64,000 nucleotides of DNA, taken from assembly GCA_963808235.1 (NCBI GenBank), contig CAWEEQ010000001.1, positions 256,001 through 320,000 of the forward strand, written 5' to 3'. The notes under the pieces are model-generated. The model was not told where the DNA came from, did not search any database, and saw only the letters and a program-made list of their open reading frames with translations. The translations under genes were made by a program, and so were the position numbers. This stretch comes from an uncultured delta proteobacterium (lineage in GTDB: Bacteria > Desulfobacterota > Binatia > Binatales > Binataceae). Positions 58,999-64,000 of the stretch are shown in pieces (position 1 is the first letter of the stretch; the number at the start of each line of letters is the position of its first letter).

Positions 58999-60129
58999 AT
59001 GCCAACCGCACCGCACAATCCTCCGTTTCGCGCCGACCACGTAGGAAGTTTGCTGCGGCCGCCCGAATTGCTGAAAGCGCGCGCAGAACGCGCGAGCGGC
59101 AGGATCTCCGCCGGCGAATTGCGCACGGTCGAGGATGCGGCAATTCGTGAGGTTGTGGCCTTCCAGGAGGAGGTCGGCCTTCAATCGATCACCGACGGCG
59201 AGTACCGGCGCGAGATCTTCTACTCAGACTTCTACTTTCGAGGCTTGGGCGGCGGAACCGTCGCCTACGATCAGTCGTCGATCGACGAAGTGTATTTCAT
59301 CGACCGCGAGGGCCATAAACTTCCACTGCTTGTCCCCAACGTGAAGGCGCGGATGCGCTGGCATGGTCCTATCCATGTGGATGATTTTAATTTTCTTCGC
59401 ACCGCGACTTCGCGTATGCCGAAGATCACCATTCCGTCGCCGACCATCATTCACTTTCGCGCCGGCCGGCAAAATATCAGCAAGGAAGCGTACCCTGATA
59501 TCGATCTTTTCTGGAACGATATCGTTGACGCGTTCCATTGCGAGCTGAAGGTGCTCGCCGAGGCCGGATGCCGATACGTTCAAATCGACGAGACCACGCT
59601 TGCCTCGCTAAGCGATAAGCGAATCTGGGAGCCGATCCGCAAGCGCGGTGACGACGCGCGCAAACTACTGCTCGAAACCTACCCCGGCATCATGAACCGC
59701 GCGTTTGCCGGACGCCCCGCGACGCTTCATCTTGCGATGCACATCTGCCGCGGCAACAATCAGAGTCACTGGAGCGCCGAGGGCGGCTACGATCTCGTCG
59801 CGGATACACTTTTCAACAAGATCGACGTTGATTCGTATTTCCTCGAATACGACACGCCGCGTGCAGGATCATTTGAACCGCTGCGTCTGGTGCCGAAGCA
59901 CAAGACCGTGGTGCTGGGCCTGGTCTCGAGCAAGTTTCCGGAACTGGAATCGAAAGAAGCGCTGAAGCGCCGGATCGACGAAGCGTCCAAATTCATCGAC
60001 CTTGAGCAACTCTCGATAAGCCCGCAATGCGGGTTCGCGAGCACCGCGCCCGGCAATCGAATTTCAGTTGCGGATCAGCGCGCAAAGCTACGACTCGTGG
60101 TCGAGGTCGCGAAGGAAGTCTGGGGCTAG
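58999..60129 (+). CDS. Cobalamin-independent methionine synthase II-like protein (single catalytic barrel)
   Basis: Motifs RADHVGSLLRP and TDGEYRR, with zinc ligands in HICRGN, FLEYD and SPQCGFAS. Confidence 0.9.
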   Translation: MPTAPHNPPFRADHVGSLLRPPELLKARAERASGRISAGELRTVEDAAIREVVAFQEEVGLQSITDGEYRREIFYSDFYFRGLGGGTVAYDQSSIDEVYFIDREGHKLPLLVPNVKARMRWHGPIHVDDFNFLRTATSRMPKITIPSPTIIHFRAGRQNISKEAYPDIDLFWNDIVDAFHCELKVLAEAGCRYVQIDETTLASLSDKRIWEPIRKRGDDARKLLLETYPGIMNRAFAGRPATLHLAMHICRGNNQSHWSAEGGYDLVADTLFNKIDVDSYFLEYDTPRAGSFEPLRLVPKHKTVVLGLVSSKFPELESKEALKRRIDEASKFIDLEQLSISPQCGFASTAPGNRISVADQRAKLRLVVEVAKEVWG

Positions 60130-60133
60130 CGCC

Positions 60134-60865
60134 TCACAATAGATGTCGTCCGCCGTCGACGCGGATGCACTCGCCGGTGATGAAATCGGTATCGACGAGA
60201 AACAGCACAGCCTTCGCGATTTCCTCGGCACCGCCCCATCTGGCTAGCGGAGTCGCTTCGATCGCCTTGGCGCTTTCTTCGGGGGTTAGATCCGGAGGCG
60301 CCAGGATAGGACCAGGAGCGATCGCGTTAACGAGAATGTCAGGCGCAAATTCCAGCGCGAGGCTTTGAGTAAGCGCGGTGACGGCGGCTTTCGACGTGAA
60401 GTACGGGGCGTAACCCTTGTAATGCGGCCGGCCACTTGCGGGCAGCCAGTCGCTGAAGTTCACGATTCGTCCGCCGCCACGTTTTTTCATGATCGGCGCC
60501 GCATGCGTCGAGAACAAGAAAGCGCTTTTCGCGTTCGAATCGAGCGCAGCAGACCAGTCAGACGCATTGGGATTCGGCGTCTTCACATAAATGGACGCAA
60601 GGTTGATCAGAATATCGAGACGGCCGAGCGACTTCTCTGTTTCCAGTATCGACGTACGGACTTGCGAGTCGTCAATCGCGTCCGCGCGCAGCACCACCGC
60701 CTTCACGCCCGCTGCCCTTGCCGCAGAAGCGCTCGCTTCGGCCGAATCGCGCGAGTTTCGATATGTCAGTGCGAGTGAGCATCCACGAGCAGCGAGCGCA
60801 TCCGCGACGACTTGGCCGATACGCGCGCCGCCCGTGATCAGCGCTACTTTACCTCTGGGATCCAT
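60134..60865 (-). CDS. SDR oxidoreductase, pteridine reductase-like
   Basis: Motifs TGGARIG, NLAS, YFTSK, VNAIAPG and VDGG. Confidence 0.87.
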   Translation of the reverse strand: MDPRGKVALITGGARIGQVVADALAARGCSLALTYRNSRDSAEASASAARAAGVKAVVLRADAIDDSQVRTSILETEKSLGRLDILINLASIYVKTPNPNASDWSAALDSNAKSAFLFSTHAAPIMKKRGGGRIVNFSDWLPASGRPHYKGYAPYFTSKAAVTALTQSLALEFAPDILVNAIAPGPILAPPDLTPEESAKAIEATPLARWGGAEEIAKAVLFLVDTDFITGECIRVDGGRHLL

Positions 60866-60883
60866 GTTTCTTCTCGATGACGG

Positions 60884-63800
60884 CTACCAGATAGCCCTGT
60901 AGATACGGTGGGTTCCCGCAAGCCCTTTGAGTCGCACCTCGCCGACCTCCGTGAACCGGAGATCGCCGGCGCTGTCCGTCAAGTCATGCAACGTCGCGGA
61001 GACGAGAATCTCGCCGCCATGCGCCAACGCCGCGATTCTGGCTGCGAGAATTACCGCCTTGCCGAAGAAATCGTCAGATTCGTTTATGGTCTCGCCGACA
61101 TGCAACCCTATCCTTACCCGGATCGGAGTGGCGGCGTGTTGTTGGCAGTAAGACGCGAAGGCCCGCTGAATCGCGATCGCGCATAGAAGAGCGCGCCGCG
61201 CGCCGGAAAACGCGATCATGAAGCCATCGCCCATCGATTTGACTTCGTAACCTTTGTGAAGAGCGACCTGCTCGCGCACCATGGCGTTATGCGCGCGCAG
61301 TATTTCCTGGGCGCGGAGATCGCCAAGCCGCTCGAAAAGCGCCGAAGAGTTTTCCATATCGGTGAACAAGATCGTCGCCGTTCCATCGGGCGCCGCATGG
61401 GCGCTCAAGTCGCCCGGCTCGGCCACCGCTGCCGCCGCTACCGCATCGATCGAGCTCGAATCCGCGTTATCAACGGGCGCGTGGGCTGCGAGCGCAGCGT
61501 CTTCCGCCGAGCCGGTATCCGGACCATACGAGCAGAAGGTTCCGGTCCTGATGCTCTTCGCGAGATGCTTTCCCATCGAGGCGTTGCTCGCGGCGATTCT
61601 CTGGATCGTGGATTTGATCGCGCGCGTTATATTTACCCGCGCCCGCTCGGTGATCGCGGCCGCTCGCCGATCGCGCCCTGACAGCCCGGTCGCGCGCGCG
61701 AGTTCTTTTGTTATCGCGTCTGATTCGTCCTCCGCCTTCTGAGCGCGAGTCTCCTGGCCCAGGCGGCGGGCCTCTGCGATCTCCTCGCGAAGCTCCGCCA
61801 CGCGTTTTTTGTAAGACGCTTTTGCGCGCGCGTCGAGCATCTCGCCGGCATCGCCAAACGCGTTTTGCCGATACCCTTCGTCAAATCCGCGGGACCGCGG
61901 CGGAGTTGCCTCCTCGCCGTCGCCCGAGAATTCGCCCAACTGCTCACCGGCGTAATCACCCGGCGAGACCAGGTCGAGCACGTGAAATTCCTGCCCGGGA
62001 TATCGGATCAGATGCGCCAAATAGCCGAGACCCTTTGAGTCCTTCAGCCGTGACGTTTTGCCGTTCCATTCGATCGTCCAGACCTCGCCCTCTCTTCTCA
62101 GAATGTTCGAGCTATCGGTCTGAATTGAGCGCGGCGCCTCGGCGAGCGGACTGGTCCCGGGAAGCACGGCCAGCGAATTTCGAAGGGCGAGCGCCTTTTC
62201 TCCGAGCGACTTCAGCCCGCTGGCTGACGCGTCTTTGATCGCGGTATCGAGGTGCTCGAGCGCAAGCGCCCGATCTTCGCGGTTGCCGCGCCTGAGCAGC
62301 ATCGAAGCGTAGTCAAACAAGCTGTGCGCGAGCCACAGACGCGCGCCCATTCGGCTCGCGCTTTCGATCGCCGCCTCAAAGTGTCCCTGAGCCTGGTCGA
62401 AGTGCGACCCTACTGCCGCCAACCCGCCGAGATGACGTGCAACGGGTCCGTAACAGACGTGCACGTCGAGCAGCGCGTTGCGCTCAGCATAAGGCGCAAG
62501 CAGGTTGTACAAAATCCCGGCACGCTTCGTATCGTCCAGGTAAACGCAAACCTCGCTCAGAAGAACCATGGTCGCGTACCAGGCGTTATTGCGGGGAATC
62601 GATTCGAGATCATTACTCGTGATGTAGTCGAATATGAGCGATGTTTCGCGGCGCTGATTCATCTCGGCCCGGCAGAAGGCGAGCCCGCAGTTCGCCAGCA
62701 CATGCGACGGCCGTCGCGCTACGGCAGTGCGATAAATGGGCTCCACCTCCGCGATCCGTCCTTGTTCGCCGCGCAAAATCAGGGACAGGCTGTTGAACGC
62801 TTGCCTGATCGTGCGAAAGCGGCGTTCCATGCGGCGGCCAATCTCGAGGGCCTGGAAAGCGAACCTGTCCGCATCGTCCAGGCGCCCATCCATCAATGCC
62901 CGTTCCGAGAGTGCCAGCTGTTTCCATCCGAACGGCAAGCGAAGCTCGTCCGTCAATTCCGCGAAGCGCGCGAGGTCCGCATCCGCTCGAAGCACGTCGC
63001 ATTTTTCGAGCAGACTCAGAAATCGCATGTAGCGGGTCTTCAGGATCCAGAGTTTATTCCCGATACTCTCGGCGAGCTCGACCGCTTCGCTAAGATACGA
63101 GATCCGCTGCTCGAGGTTGTCCACTGACCAGGTCGCGACGTTGCCCCAGTAAAATACGTAGATCCTGGTCAGCGGGTCGCCGCTCTGTTTGGCGAGCTCG
63201 AGTGCCTCAGCCATCAGCGAATGCACGCGCGCATCGCGGCTCCATTGGAGTTCCGATCCTAGCCGCGCCAGCATCTTTGCCCGAATCCGAATATCCTGAG
63301 TTCCGCCCGAGGAAAGTGCGTCGTCCAGCATACTGACCAGAGTCTGGTCGACTTCGTTCTCGCTTGGCGTCCCGGCTCGACCGAGCGCCGCGCGAGCCAA
63401 CTTGTTGCCATCCTCGAGCTTGCGCGCGAGCCGGCCTGCTTCTTCGGATGCCTGCCTCGCCTGGCTGATCAAGCCGGAGGCCGAGAGTGCTTCGCTTGCC
63501 TCCATCAATAGATCGTATTGAAGTTCTACCGACGCGATGCCGCTGTTCTCCGCGGTCCGAAGAGCAGCCTGAAGCAGCCGGATAGCCTCCTCATAAGCAA
63601 AGGAATCCATCGCCTGACTCGCGGCGCGCCGCAGATAGTCGATCGTCTTTGCGGATTCTCCAGGCGTATGTGCCGAGGCGTAGTGTCGCGCGATCTCGGC
63701 AAGATGTGGCCCGGGGTTTGACTCATAGAGGCGCTCCATCGCCGATGCGGTTTTCTGATGCATCGCCGATCGCTCGCCTGGCTCAAGATCGCGATAGATC

Positions 63801-64000
63801 GTTTCCGCGGTTAGCGAATGCACGAAACGATAGGAGCCGAGTGCGGTTGCTTGTTCGCTAAGAAGTTCAGCCGCGATTCCCTGCCCGACGATATCGTGCA
63901 ACGGACCCGAGTCGAGTTCGGTGACCCGCTGCAAAAGCGCGAAGTCGAATTCGACGCCGATTACGGCGCCGATCCGTAGCGCATCTCGAACCGCGGGCGG
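60884..64000 (-). CDS. Large TPR/helical signalling protein (probably STAND AAA-ATPase type) with a C-terminal class III adenylate cyclase; 5' end outside the window
   Basis: YRFVHSL...IY and LAEIARHY (post-NTPase region), TPR-like helices, a REGEVWTI...KGLGYLAHL...ERARVNITRAI domain, and cyclase ILFTD, VKSMGDG, RIGLHVG, DFFG. Confidence 0.85.
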   Translation of the reverse strand, partial: PPAVRDALRIGAVIGVEFDFALLQRVTELDSGPLHDIVGQGIAAELLSEQATALGSYRFVHSLTAETIYRDLEPGERSAMHQKTASAMERLYESNPGPHLAEIARHYASAHTPGESAKTIDYLRRAASQAMDSFAYEEAIRLLQAALRTAENSGIASVELQYDLLMEASEALSASGLISQARQASEEAGRLARKLEDGNKLARAALGRAGTPSENEVDQTLVSMLDDALSSGGTQDIRIRAKMLARLGSELQWSRDARVHSLMAEALELAKQSGDPLTRIYVFYWGNVATWSVDNLEQRISYLSEAVELAESIGNKLWILKTRYMRFLSLLEKCDVLRADADLARFAELTDELRLPFGWKQLALSERALMDGRLDDADRFAFQALEIGRRMERRFRTIRQAFNSLSLILRGEQGRIAEVEPIYRTAVARRPSHVLANCGLAFCRAEMNQRRETSLIFDYITSNDLESIPRNNAWYATMVLLSEVCVYLDDTKRAGILYNLLAPYAERNALLDVHVCYGPVARHLGGLAAVGSHFDQAQGHFEAAIESASRMGARLWLAHSLFDYASMLLRRGNREDRALALEHLDTAIKDASASGLKSLGEKALALRNSLAVLPGTSPLAEAPRSIQTDSSNILRREGEVWTIEWNGKTSRLKDSKGLGYLAHLIRYPGQEFHVLDLVSPGDYAGEQLGEFSGDGEEATPPRSRGFDEGYRQNAFGDAGEMLDARAKASYKKRVAELREEIAEARRLGQETRAQKAEDESDAITKELARATGLSGRDRRAAAITERARVNITRAIKSTIQRIAASNASMGKHLAKSIRTGTFCSYGPDTGSAEDAALAAHAPVDNADSSSIDAVAAAAVAEPGDLSAHAAPDGTATILFTDMENSSALFERLGDLRAQEILRAHNAMVREQVALHKGYEVKSMGDGFMIAFSGARRALLCAIAIQRAFASYCQQHAATPIRVRIGLHVGETINESDDFFGKAVILAARIAALAHGGEILVSATLHDLTDSAGDLRFTEVGEVRLKGLAGTHRIYRAIW

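Overview
A GC-rich bacterial chromosomal window, almost fully coding. A soil lineage such as Binatota is possible but is only an impression. Contents by position: 1-15 kb, a mixed catabolic region (CoA-transferase, GH78, acyl-CoA dehydrogenase, class III ADH, MFS, TetR, SDR, amidase, hydrolases); 15-25 kb, a recC-recB-recD operon divergent from a WYL-domain regulator, with a perfect ATGACAAC-G-GTTGTCAT palindrome between them; 25-32 kb, a palindromic REP/MITE-like element, hldD, an Fe(II)/2OG oxygenase overlapping an aspartase-like lyase with a remodelled amine pocket, and an OmpA protein with 24 consecutive prolines; 32.6-53.5 kb, a stress/envelope-type island (two atypical Crp/Fnr regulators, small membrane proteins including one missed by the ORF track, a cyclic beta-1,2-glucan synthase, DUF883/holin-like genes, an AI-2E transporter with a B12-binding-like domain, a secreted repeat protein, DedA, an Ig-like/ice-binding protein); 53.6-64 kb, pcaCHGB, a MetE-like enzyme, an SDR and a partial TPR-cyclase protein. 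About 25 frameshifts break otherwise intact genes. Those I traced are single-base insertions and are most likely read or assembly errors. I found no rRNA, tRNA, CRISPR array, transposase or integrase. All family calls come from motif recognition; no database search was run.
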